IMG/VR virus record: IMGVR_UViG_3300042989_000017
DNA: 20,000 nucleotides
Reading direction: 5' to 3' (one strand)
Origin: an uncultured virus (IMG/VR IMGVR_UViG_3300042989_000017)
Lineage: Duplodnaviria; Heunggongvirae; Uroviricota; Caudoviricetes
Shown one piece after another: positions 6,352-16,500 of this stretch (its first letter is position 1; the number at the start of each line of letters is the position of its first letter). A program made the translations under genes and the position numbers. Under the pieces are notes generated by a model. It was given only the letters and a program-made list of their open reading frames with translations, ran no database searches and was not told the DNA's origin.

Positions 6352-7202
6352 TGGCGGCGCGCGATAACTTTGCAGGTATCTTTAGTCAGGTGGCTACCAG
6401 AGCCTCCGAGCAAGGTCACGCAAACTTTATCGGTAAGATTGTCGCTGCCCCTCATAAGAAAGCTCTAGCTAAGAAGTTAAACACAAAACTGGATAAGTTC
6501 AAAGGTGATGTGGCCACCTTGATTATTGGGGTATCAAGTGGGTTGAACCTATCAAAGGAGCCTCGAAGTCAAGAAGACCCTAGTAAGTTCACAGGGGGTG
6601 AGACGCATGAGTACAAAACCCTATCCACTTCTTGGTTGAAGAAGAAAGCTAAGTATGGTGTGCCTACCCCTAGCTTCTTTAAGTTCAGCAAAGTTGTAAA
6701 AAGAACAGGGGCAAGAGGGGGCAAAACAGAAGAGAACACCCCTCAAAAGTTTCTTGGCGACTATTTAAACGAAAAACTGAGCCACGCTTCTGCTAAGTTC
6801 GGGGCTGTGAAACCTGCTGACATCAAGATATTCAATGAGCAGGGCGAGGAGATGAAACTCAAAGGCGGGGGCACAAAAGAGAGTCGAGCGATTAAGGCCG
6901 CAGGTGGAACACAAGGTAGCCGTATCTACAACTTCAGCCCAAAAGGTAGAAAGTATTCTGTAAGAGTTCGCCTGATGCCAAATGTTCGCTACTTGGGGCA
7001 GAACCCTATTAGACTTCAATACTTTGTAGCTAGGATCCTTGACCCCACAAACAACAACGCTTCGGGGTTTGCGCGTTCCAAGCTAGGGCGACAAGCCGTA
7101 GGCCGTCCAAACGTAGGCCATTTACTGTTATGGTACTATCAGGTCAAGTTACCTGCCGTAATCAAAAGCCACTATAGCCATACTAAAGTGAAGGAAATCT
7201 AA
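6351..7202 (+). CDS. Putative neck / tail-completion protein, basic
   Basis: 283 aa, Lys-rich, translationally coupled; YKTLSTSWLKKK resembles the W..LS..Y..RK-type segment of neck proteins. Function mainly from synteny. Confidence 0.45.
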   Translation: MAARDNFAGIFSQVATRASEQGHANFIGKIVAAPHKKALAKKLNTKLDKFKGDVATLIIGVSSGLNLSKEPRSQEDPSKFTGGETHEYKTLSTSWLKKKAKYGVPTPSFFKFSKVVKRTGARGGKTEENTPQKFLGDYLNEKLSHASAKFGAVKPADIKIFNEQGEEMKLKGGGTKESRAIKAAGGTQGSRIYNFSPKGRKYSVRVRLMPNVRYLGQNPIRLQYFVARILDPTNNNASGFARSKLGRQAVGRPNVGHLLLWYYQVKLPAVIKSHYSHTKVKEI

Positions 7203-7204
7203 TT

Positions 7205-7663
7205 ATGTTAATCGGCAACGGTTTACTTAACATCATCGAGTCTAGTTTACTGGCACGTTCTAAGGCTCTCGCAGAAGCGATTAACGGCACTCTTGGCTAC
7301 AATACAAAGTCTGTGTTGTTTGATGACTACACCCTAGAGGAAAAGCTCCCTCAGCAAGATATTATCGGTTGCTGGCAGTTAGAGTTAGAGGTTGATGAGC
7401 ATATTGTCTCAGGCACATTTCTACTAACCCTTAGCACCTTTAATGACGCAGGTTTGTTCCGCCTAAGAAATGCAGCGAGCTTGGTTTTCGATGAGATGAA
7501 ACCGATGCAGGAGTTTAGTCTCTATCAACCTGACGGTACTCAGGTTGAAGGAACTATTATTGTGATGAATGGTGTGAAGATGCTGCCTGTCGAGAAAGGG
7601 GATGAACGCCCTGCCAAGACGTTCGCTATCCCCTTCAAATGTACTCGGACTATTGGGCTTTAA
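7205..7663 (+). CDS. Putative tail terminator protein
   Basis: 152 aa, acidic, last connector gene before the tail tube gene. Confidence 0.5.
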   Translation: MLIGNGLLNIIESSLLARSKALAEAINGTLGYNTKSVLFDDYTLEEKLPQQDIIGCWQLELEVDEHIVSGTFLLTLSTFNDAGLFRLRNAASLVFDEMKPMQEFSLYQPDGTQVEGTIIVMNGVKMLPVEKGDERPAKTFAIPFKCTRTIGL

Positions 7664-7893
7664 TTAAAGAAACCTTCAGGGTCGTACACCTTGCCGTTAG
7701 GTATTTTCTCATGCCAATGTACCTCAAGCTGCTCAAGATTAGCTCCCCCTTTTAACCCTAACTCAAGATAGTGCCGAATCACATTTGTCTTAGTTCGGCC
7801 TTCTAAGGCTGCAACTTTAACAACCATATCTTCTAGCTCTTGCGTGATACGGACGCTGTACATAATATCTACTTTGGCTTTAACTCTGGACAT
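7660..7893 (-). CDS. Ribbon-helix-helix (Arc/CopG/MetJ-like) DNA-binding protein
   Basis: 77 aa; MYSVRITQELEDMVVKVAALEGRTKTNVIRHYLELGL fits the beta-alpha-alpha RHH pattern; GAGAG upstream of ATG. Confidence 0.75.
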   Translation of the reverse strand: MSRVKAKVDIMYSVRITQELEDMVVKVAALEGRTKTNVIRHYLELGLKGGANLEQLEVHWHEKIPNGKVYDPEGFFN

Positions 7894-7928
7894 GGTGAAC
7901 TCTCTTAATTCGTGTGTTTTAAAAACCT

Positions 7929-7972
7929 GTGGTTGTGTAAGTGTATCTTTGTTAAACTACAAGAACAACCAC
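7929..7972. promoter_or_regulatory. Overlapping divergent promoter candidates within an 8-bp inverted repeat
   Basis: Minus TTGTTC-17-TACACT (7968-7940); plus extended -10 TGtTAAACT (7950-7958); GTGGTTGT (7929-7936) / ACAACCAC (7965-7972). Confidence 0.5.
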
Positions 7973-7997
7973 TTTTTTGTAACTTCGGAGAACAACT

Positions 7998-8786
7998 ATG
8001 GCGGGCAACGCTAAAAGTATTGATTTCTTAGTCGGCACTGCCACCATTATGTTGGGGCTTCCTGCTGACTTACGCGATTTTCGTCCTGAGACTCACTCCA
8101 TTGGCTTAGTTAAAAACGTCAAGTTAATGGCTGAGGCAACTTATATTGAATTAACTCAAGGTATCCGTAACTCGATCGTTCACTCGATTAAAACAGGTGA
8201 GCCAGTTCGTGCTTCTGCCGAAGTTTACGAGTTTAATGCTTCTAACTGGAGCTATGCTCTAGGCTTTAGCGGTTACAATATTGTAAACACTGAACTCGAA
8301 ACAACTGTTACGACTGCTGTCGCTGCTTCTTCTTTAGGTACAGATACCTTTGACGTAACCTCAGCAACAGGTTATGTGGTTGGTGACTACGCAATGATGC
8401 AGGTAGGCTATGACGACGTAGTTATCCCTCGCCGTATTACTGCAACGACCTCGACAACTGTGACTTTCGATGCTCCGATTAAAAACGTAGCTGTTCCTAT
8501 TGGCGCGAAAATTCGTCGCTGCTTAGTTGTTCCTGTTGGTCGTAAGTCTGAGCAACCTTTCTTAGCTATGAAAATTGTAGGTAGTACGGCTGACGGTCGT
8601 GAGATTGCAATTGAGGTGCCGAAGTTGCGGGTTACTAAAGGATTTGACATTGTATTCCAGACTTCTGACTATGCAAACTTGCCGTTCGAGTTCACTGTCT
8701 ACGATCAAGTGCCTTCTGACCCTCAGTATGCTCGTTTCCAAAATGAGTTCGATGGCTCCTCGGCCACTGTTTACACTACCCATTGA
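7998..8786 (+). CDS. Major tail (tube) protein
   Basis: 262 aa, RBS GGAGA; SIGLVKNVKL...IEVPKLRV..GF.I.F...DY..LPFEF pattern of siphovirus tube proteins with a central Thr/Val-rich beta insertion; upstream of chaperones and tape measure. Confidence 0.8.
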   Translation: MAGNAKSIDFLVGTATIMLGLPADLRDFRPETHSIGLVKNVKLMAEATYIELTQGIRNSIVHSIKTGEPVRASAEVYEFNASNWSYALGFSGYNIVNTELETTVTTAVAASSLGTDTFDVTSATGYVVGDYAMMQVGYDDVVIPRRITATTSTTVTFDAPIKNVAVPIGAKIRRCLVVPVGRKSEQPFLAMKIVGSTADGREIAIEVPKLRVTKGFDIVFQTSDYANLPFEFTVYDQVPSDPQYARFQNEFDGSSATVYTTH

Positions 8787-8818
8787 TGTGTTAGAGAGTC
8801 CTCCTCTAACCTTTCGGT

Positions 8819-8850
8819 AAACAAAACCCGCTTAAAGCGGGTTTTGTTTT
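8819..8850. terminator. Bidirectional intrinsic terminator
   Basis: AAACAAAACCCGCT-TAA-AGCGGGTTTTGTTT between the convergent tail tube and antirepressor genes. Confidence 0.85.
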
Positions 8851-8858
8851 TAATCGGT

Positions 8859-9569
8859 TTAAGCGTTTAACACACTCTTTTTCCATTTGTAATTATAGCC
8901 ACTCTTGTTTCCGACAACCCATTGGTGGCGAACCGCAAAAGGTTTACCTTTATCAGTTGGTACCCACTCACTGTTGATCTTCGCCTGAAAGCCTCTTTCT
9001 TCTAACCATTGGTTCATTTTAACTGCTGTTAAACCTAAGCGTTTACCTAACTCGGTTGGCTCTACGGCTTCGTCTTCTAATCGGATCATGCCTTGAGCAG
9101 GAGCCAGTCGTAACATTTCGGTGAAATCAATGTGGTAAGTTAGTCTCGCACCTTTCACGGCTTCTACCTGTGCGAGATGGATTGGCACCTCGAAGAGGGT
9201 GGCTAACTGCATCACCGCAGTAATGTGGTTAAGAGCCAAGTCGGTAGGGGTTCGAGGAAGCACAGGAGCGGAGGAGGCGGTGAGAGTTTTCAACTTCCCT
9301 AAAACAGTACGCCGAACAGCTTTAGATCCGCGCATTGACACTAACATACATTGGTCTTCTGTTAATTTAAAAACAGTTGACTCAGTATTGTTTGAATTTT
9401 GCACTACGAAACTTTCGTAGTGGTCTCCTTCAAGTTCATCCTGAATACGCGAGATAAAATCATTTGCCCTAATAACTTTTTCACCATGCTGTAGGCGAGC
9501 ATTGTTTACGAGTTCCAGTAAGTCACGGCTGGACATAGTTGAGGTTGTTGCAGTTAAATCTTTCATCAT
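8859..9569 (-). CDS. Phage antirepressor-family protein (Rha-like N-terminus, ANT/KilA-C C-terminus)
   Basis: N-terminal TMSSRDLLELVN...DFISRIQDEL...QCMLVSMRGSKAVRR; C-terminal PTELGKRLGLTAVKMNQWLEERGFQ....WVPTDKGK. ATG 9569 is 7 nt from AGGA and preferred over TTG 9575. Confidence 0.8.
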   Translation of the reverse strand: MMKDLTATTSTMSSRDLLELVNNARLQHGEKVIRANDFISRIQDELEGDHYESFVVQNSNNTESTVFKLTEDQCMLVSMRGSKAVRRTVLGKLKTLTASSAPVLPRTPTDLALNHITAVMQLATLFEVPIHLAQVEAVKGARLTYHIDFTEMLRLAPAQGMIRLEDEAVEPTELGKRLGLTAVKMNQWLEERGFQAKINSEWVPTDKGKPFAVRHQWVVGNKSGYNYKWKKSVLNA

Positions 9570-9584
9570 CTTCAAATCCTAGAA

Positions 9585-9697
9585 ACAGAAAAGCCGTATT
9601 ATCATAAGCTAGGCAGTGGAGGGTTAAGTGTGGAACCCAACTAGCAAGATAAAACGGCTTTTCTGTACACTTAAAATACCCAATGTCTCGCCACTAC
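9585..9697 (-). promoter_or_regulatory. Structured 5' leader of the antirepressor gene (attenuator-like)
   Basis: 13-bp perfect stem 9585-9597/9654-9666 extended by TTATC/GATAA, GCTAG/CTAGC and GGGTT/AACCC; ends in a U-rich run just before the RBS. Confidence 0.7.
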
Positions 9698-9718
9698 GCT
9701 ACCCATCAGATGTTTATA

Positions 9719-9747
9719 ATTGTAAACGCAAGAACGCCTAACGTCAA
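9719..9747 (-). promoter_or_regulatory. Sigma70-type promoter of the antirepressor gene
   Basis: Minus strand TTGACG-17 bp-TACAAT. Confidence 0.8.
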
Positions 9748-9751
9748 TCGC

Positions 9752-9780
9752 TTAACAAAAATCGAACCACCTGTTACAAT
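9752..9780 (+). promoter_or_regulatory. Sigma70-type promoter of chaperone and tape measure genes
   Basis: TTAACA-17 bp-TACAAT with an extended -10 TG. Confidence 0.7.
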
Positions 9781-9806
9781 CAAACCTCACAAGAGAGGAC
9801 AAACTT

Positions 9807-10178
9807 ATGACTACCGCTTTAACCCAAACCTACACCGCGCCCGAACCTTTTTTCAATCTAACCAGTGGCCGAGAGTTAAAGATGACTTTTGGTATGCTTA
9901 ATCGTCTCGCTCGTATTGCGGGCAATGTTGAGACGTTAGGCATGGTGATGATTGACAGCGACCTCCAACAAGCCCTATTAAGCCAGTTGTTTGCCACCTA
10001 TGACGCAAACGGTAAGCAAAGTGCTTTAGCGGACATTGATGACATTAACTGTTCAATGGAGGAGCTACTTCAATTGTTAGCGTGGGTGTTAGAGAGTCTA
10101 ACCTATTTTTTTCTCAAGAATCTTCAAAACTCGGCGAAGATAGCGCAGCAGTACAAGCCCGAGGAAAAAGCACAGTAG
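9807..10178 (+). CDS. Tail assembly chaperone (lambda gpG analogue)
   Basis: 123 aa, RBS GAGGA, between tail tube and tape measure, overlapped by an open -1 frame. Confidence 0.8.
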   Translation: MTTALTQTYTAPEPFFNLTSGRELKMTFGMLNRLARIAGNVETLGMVMIDSDLQQALLSQLFATYDANGKQSALADIDDINCSMEELLQLLAWVLESLTYFFLKNLQNSAKIAQQYKPEEKAQ

Positions 10179-10510
10179 AGTTTAAGGCTTTCCAATCTTG
10201 GTTTGGAAGCCTAACCTTTCACGAAAGCGTGGCTTGGGCTTACGGTTGCTCTAAGAGCAACCTAAGAACAATCTACTGGAGTGAGACTTTTGAGGACATA
10301 CAGTTAAAGCTTCGTTTCAAGGTAGGGGAGAAACAGATCGAAGCCTCCCAAATGTACGAAGCGATAGTGTCCGTAGCGTCTCAAGTCTTTGGTAGTGATG
10401 AGGGCAGCAACTCGAAGGACTTGAGTAAGGTCAAAGTAGCCGATCAGAACGTGGCCAAGACAAGCCATGAAGCAATCAATATGTTCAACGATATTTTTGG
10501 AAGGGGTTAG
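10106..10510 (+). CDS. Tail assembly chaperone -1 frameshift extension (lambda gpT analogue)
   Basis: The -1 frame is open 10082-10510, lacks a convincing start of its own and ends 3 bp before the tape measure ATG. Slippery candidates T-TTT-TTT (10106-10112) and G-GAA-AAA (10163-10169). Confidence 0.7.
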   Translation, partial: FFSQESSKLGEDSAAVQARGKSTVEFKAFQSWFGSLTFHESVAWAYGCSKSNLRTIYWSETFEDIQLKLRFKVGEKQIEASQMYEAIVSVASQVFGSDEGSNSKDLSKVKVADQNVAKTSHEAINMFNDIFGRG

Positions 10511-10513
10511 GGT

Positions 10514-13500
10514 ATGAGCGGTGAGAATGAAAGTAAGTTGGTGTTTGATACGCTTATTGGCTCTGACACCCTGACCAAAGTTCTTGATAAACAGTTGAAT
10601 GTAGCAACGCTTCTCACCACTGAGCTTGGTAAGATTAAGAACCAAATAGCTGCTGCTAAAGCTCCATTAGACAAGGAGGGAATAAGCTTAGTTGGAATCT
10701 CCAGCCTTAGAACGACTGTTGAGCTTTACCATAAATTACTTGAGGGTAAAGAAGCTGTAGCGAAGATGTCTACAGGTTTAGGGCTAAAAGGGGGGGATCT
10801 AACTACCCTTGAAGGTATGATTAACGCCATGCACAAGCTGGTTGGCGTTACCGAGAAATACTCGCAGCTATCTAATAAGAAGCTACAGCTCGCAGCCTTT
10901 GACGGCACTCTTACCAAAGAGCAATTCGACCAGCATAAAGGTAACATCAACGCGCTAAAAGCAATTAACAAAGGCTATGCTCAAGGGCAAGCTCACCTTG
11001 ATGGTGAGAGTAAAGAGCGAGCCAAACTTGGTATTAAGCTTGTTGAAGAACACACCGCCGCTTTAGGAAAACAAAACCAAGAAAGGATTGTAGGTGAACG
11101 TCAAACAGCAGCCGAGCAACGTAATCGAACGCTCACCGTAGCTCGACGTATCAAGGAAGGCAATTCCAGCACTAATTTTATTGGTCAAGCTTCCCCTCTT
11201 GAAGCAAATCAATTACGGAGTAAGCTTCGCGTCGAGAGTTTAAGGGCTAACCTAACCCCCATTGAGCGCACTCGTATTGAAGCAAGCCTTGCTGCAACTT
11301 CCAGCCGTATCGAGTCTTTTAAAGCCCCTAAAGCTGCTGTTCCAGACCTAAGCTTCTTTAACAATTTAGGTAAGGGTTTTAAAGAGCAAGGTAATGCTCA
11401 GAATGCCTTAACAGATTTAAGGGCAGCTTTATCTCACGCTAAGAAAACAGGTAACGCTCCTGAGCGTGAACGTCTATCAGCAATCTACGAAGAGGCTCGT
11501 TCGATTGTCTCTAAGAAATTCGCTCCTCATTCCCCCCACCAAGAGCGGTTAAAGCAGAGTCTGGAGTTAGCCAATAAAACCTCTAAGTTGAATCCTGAGC
11601 AATTAGCTTCGGTTAGCTCAAGAGATGTCGTTGCCCAGCACCTTCGCCTTAGTGCCTTAAGAGCTAAGGACTTACCTGAGGGGGAGAAGAAGGATGACGA
11701 GCATCGTTACCAAAGACAGTTAAGTTTACATGGTAAAGAACTGGCTAAAATTGATAAGCGTAGCTCTGAGACAAGACCTCATGAGGCAGATAAAGAGTCA
11801 CCCACAGCCTACTTAAACCGAGCTAGACAGCATGGTGCAAACGAAGAAATAGCTAAAACTGATTTAGGCTTTAGAACTAAAGTTACAGAAGCGCAGCAGG
11901 CGGGAGCTTTAGCTGTTGAAAGACAGGCTCGTAAGAATAAACGCGATCAGGAGCTGGAAACACTAGCTAAGACACAATACTTAACGCTAAGTTCTCTGCA
12001 AGGTCTTACCCACGCTGAGATGGTTCAAGCTAGTCGAATTTTGAACTACCGTAAAAATATGGCTGTAGTGGCAGGTCAGGCTGACACCCTAAACATTAAC
12101 TTATTAGATGAACTGTCGAAGCAAAAGACAGCTTTGAAAAAACAGACAAGGGAAATCGAAAAGGCGGCTGAACGCCAACGTAGGTTGGCTGCTGACCCAG
12201 ATTATGCTGCAAAATACCACTTAAAAAACCAAAAGGATGCTTTGGTAACAAACAGCTTACAAGATCGCATGGAAGGTCAACGAGTGGCCGATGCTCGTTT
12301 ACGCACAAAAGCTGATAATGACCGCATACATGATGAGGCACGTCGGAATGGCACTTACGCCACCGATGCAAGTCTTCGAGCCTTAACTACACCAAGACAG
12401 GTTCAAGATGCTCGTGATGCTTTGAACTACCAAAAAGGGTTAGGGACACCTGCGGAGGTAATCCATGCAAAGGATATGCTGCAACTTCTTGGTGAGATTC
12501 ACGGCAAGGAGAAAGCTATAGCAGGCACTGACAACTTAATTGCTCAACTCGAGAAAACTCATTACCAAACCAAAGCTAGTCTTAATGGTTTGGGGCGTGA
12601 AGAGTTACAGCAGGCTATTGCTGTTCTAAGTTATCGGAAAAGTATTGCTACCACAGAGCAACAGCGAGCTGCTGCCCAAGGATTACTCAACACAGCAAAC
12701 CAAGGTTATAAAGTTAACCCTGAGCATCAAGCCGAAAACCGAGCAGGTTCACGCGAACGTATCCTCGGTGATGCAGGCGCGAGTGTGTTAACCATTCAAG
12801 CAGGCTTGATGCTTAACTACAAACTCTTGGCAGGTATGCAGGGTTTGTTCAGCAACGCTATCGGTTCAGTGATTGAACTAGATTCCGCCTTCCGTCAACT
12901 GCAAGCGATTTCCGCTTCAACGAACACCGAAATGGTGTCGATGAAACAGAACCTGATTCTTGTCGCGCAGGCAAGTAAGTTCAGCGCGGCAGAGGTTGGC
13001 AATACGGCTGTATTATTAGCACAAGCAGGCTACAGCGTTGGTGAAATTAGCCAGTCGATGAAAGGGATCATCTCCCTAGCTCAAGCTACAGGGACAGACT
13101 TAGGTAAGTCTGTTGACGTTGTTACCTCAGTGCTATCTGTGTTCAACAAAGGCGCGGGTGAGACTGCCCAAGTAGCTAACCAGTTAACTGAAGCGTTGAA
13201 CAGATCGAAACTTGACATCAACAAGATGGCGTTAGGTATTCAGTACGCAGGTAACATCGCTGCCGATTCAGGTGTGAGTTTTGAAGAACTCACGGCGGCT
13301 CTGGGCGCAATGGCCAACGCGGGTATTCGCAGCGGCTCGACCTTGGGTACTGGCACAAGGCAGATGCTCCTTGATCTACAGAAACCAAGTGAGAAGTTAC
13401 AAGCCAGACTAACAGACTTAGGTTTGAGTTTAGATCAGGTTAACTCTCGTTCACAAGGTTTAGTGGGTGTTCTTGAGAACCTAAAAAACGCTGGCTTTAC

Positions 13501-16500
13501 CACAGGAGATGCTTTTAAAACTTTCGAGGTGCGAGGAGCGGCCGCCTTTGCTGCCTTATCAGGTAACATGGAGGACTTTAACCAGATTAAAGAAAGCTTA
13601 AATGATACAACTGCGGCCTTCGACGCGAACGGTGTACAGCTAGAGGCTCTAGCTGTTCAATTAGACCATTTAAAATCGAACCTTGGCATCCTATCAGCCG
13701 AGGCCCTACAACCTGTTGCTGCCCTTGTACGGGACTTTGCAAAGGCTACTGCTCATGCGATGGAGAAGACAGAAGAAGGGTCAGGTACTCTACAGAAATT
13801 CGGTACGGTTTTAATGGGGCTAACTGTGGCAGTAGCTGCGGGGTGGATGGCTAAACTGACTTTTGAGCTTTTCGGGTTACTTGGAGGACTATACAAGTTT
13901 CCCGCCGCTTTCGGAGTGGCTCGGGCAAGTATGGTACTACACAACTCGGGGTTAAAGGTTCTCACAGGGGAGACCCTCGCGGCCACAGCCGCGACAGCTA
14001 CTTTTCGATCCCTATTATTTAGTATGGCTCCCCTTTTGATTGGTATCGCTGTAGGCGTTGGCGCAGTAGTCGCTGCCTTTTCCGCTTGGGATAGCGAGAC
14101 AGATAAGCTCAACGATAGATTGGATAAAGCAAAAGCGGCTTTCAATAAAGCAAAGGAAAATGCCGATGCCGCTAAGACGGCTTACGACAATGTGAATGAG
14201 GCCATAGTTCATCTTTCTGAAAGATACGGCACACTAGAGGGAAGTCAGGCAGCTACGACTGATGAGGCTCAGTCCCTGCTCACTAAGTTTGGCGAGATGG
14301 GTTTCACTATTGACGAACTTGCCAATGTGAAGGTTGAGCAGTTGATGGTGAAACTGCGCGAATTACGTGGGGAGTTAGCAGCTCGGTATTCTACAGGGAT
14401 AACTGACCAGTTTTCGGCTGACGTTAGTAAGCTTATCGCCACAAAAGATACAGCTACAGTCGTGCTTGCTAAACGTGAAAATTCTCCAGAAGCTTTGGAT
14501 CAAGAAGCGAAAGGATTGTTAGGTCAACGAGGGTCAGGTTTTGCTTCCAATAAAGGCTTGGCTGCCTTACTTGAGCCTGACCTAAGAGAGTTCCTCGCTG
14601 GGGTCGCTACTTCTCTAAGGGGAGTTAGTACCCCTAATGGGGTTAGTAATACTTTTAACATGACTAAGGCTAAAGGAGATTACGCAGCCCTAAAGCTTAA
14701 TTCCAACGCTGGTGCCTATGCCTTAGACTTTGCGGATAAGCAGATGGAGAGATTCGAGGGTCTCTTTAAAGCTTACGAGGAAAGGAAAAACTTTGAAGCT
14801 AACAAAACTAAACTCCAAACCAATCAAGATACCAAACTGTATTTAAACAACACCCTTCAAGATTCACGAGGAGCTGGAAAGGCTGTGGGCGAGGCTCAAG
14901 CTGCTCAAATAGAGTACACAAGCCTAGCCGCCGCTGTGGATCGAAGCAAAGCTAAACCTAACGAAAAAATCTTGCAGAAAGCAGCTCTGGCAACTAAAGC
15001 TGGTACGGCTGTCAAACTTCAGTTGAAGACCTTGAATGATAATAAGGACTTAGAAGAAGCAAGACTGAAAGAATACTCTAATAACAGTCAGTCAGACTCA
15101 GCGGGAGCTATTATCACCCGCCGTAATGTAATGGGTCTTAGCCAGCAAATTGCTGAGGTCGCAGCAGGTAACACCAAGATAGACGCAGATATTGCCGCAG
15201 GTGAGGAACTAAAATCCAAAGGTAAACTCCAAGACCTACAAATCCAAAAAGAAAAACTATCTCGTGAATTGAAGGTCTTGAAACGAGAGTCGGAAGACGA
15301 AACAGGTGTGGCTAAACAGGCAGGCAAATATCAACTTGTTGAAAACAAACAACGAGAGATTGATGCTGTTGAGAACGAAATCACAACCCTCAGTCAGAAG
15401 AAGGATGCTGATATAGCTCTTCAATTGAGGATGAAAGCTCTCGGTCAAGCCGCAGTATTGGAGGACATGAAAGTCCAAGAGCAGGAGAAACAAAAATCTC
15501 TGAAGTCGGCTGTCGCTAAACGGACAACGGATATTGACTCCGACACGGATAGGGGAAAGCTAACTGATTACAAGCAAGCTCAACAAGATTGGGTAGAAGC
15601 TAACAACCTAAGCGATGAGTTGTTTGCTAAGGCGCAGTCGGCTGCCCGTAAACGTGCCGAGTTGCAGGGCAAAAAAGTCCTCAACGCAGGAAATATGTTC
15701 AAGGACATTAACAAAGACCTTGCTAAAGCTGCTCAAGACGCTGCAAATGCAACGGGGCAGGCTCAAGAATACTCCAGCTATGGTACAGGTATTGGTGGTT
15801 TCTTTGCTCGCCAAGCGGCTAATGCGAAGAATGGGGTCAACGAAGGTAAGCTCAAACAAGAAGCACTGGCTCGTGAGTTCTTACAACTTAAAGCTAGTGA
15901 GGATCACTACTCGGCCCTCAAGCTGGAGGAGACTATTCCAAAAGCTCAAGCAGAACTCGCAGCAAAAAATATTGAGCTAAAGGCTATTGACGACAAACTT
16001 AAAAACTCCAACCTAAGTGACGCTGACACGCAGATGCAGGTGAGAAAAGACTTGCAAACACGGATTGATCGAATTAAAGAGCAGCTAAAGACTGACCAAG
16101 ACCTGCTTAAAATGAGTAAGGAAGACCGTGAGCGTAGATTAGCTGAGATCGGACGGTTAACCGAAGACCTCGCTGCTATGCAAGATAAGACCAATGTGTT
16201 TGCAGATTCCTTCGCCGCAGGCCGTCAAGCGTTAGACGCAGGGCTTTCCGCAGGGTTCCAAGACTGGGCAACCCAAACCATTAAAAACATTGATGACGTG
16301 GAGGCAGCCTTCAAATCAATGGGTATCTCCATTCTACAGTCGATGTTGAAAGTAGTAAGTGACCGTACAGCGACGGCGTTCACTAATATGTTACTTGGCA
16401 AGGCTGATGGTTCGGATGGCGGAGGTTTACTTGGTAAGCTGGGGGCTATGATTTTTAGGAGGAAACCTGACACAAGGGGTGTGACAGATTTAAGCTACTC

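Noticed and set aside
8784..8870. Read-through or frameshift extension of the tail tube protein
   Set aside because: Only a short stretch before the bidirectional terminator; no extra domain is encoded.
9683..9901. 72-aa plus-strand ORF
   Set aside because: Overlaps two promoters and the chaperone gene out of frame; no RBS.
10726..16473. Many short ORFs inside the tape measure gene
   Set aside because: Antisense or off-frame shadows with no RBS or recognisable motifs.
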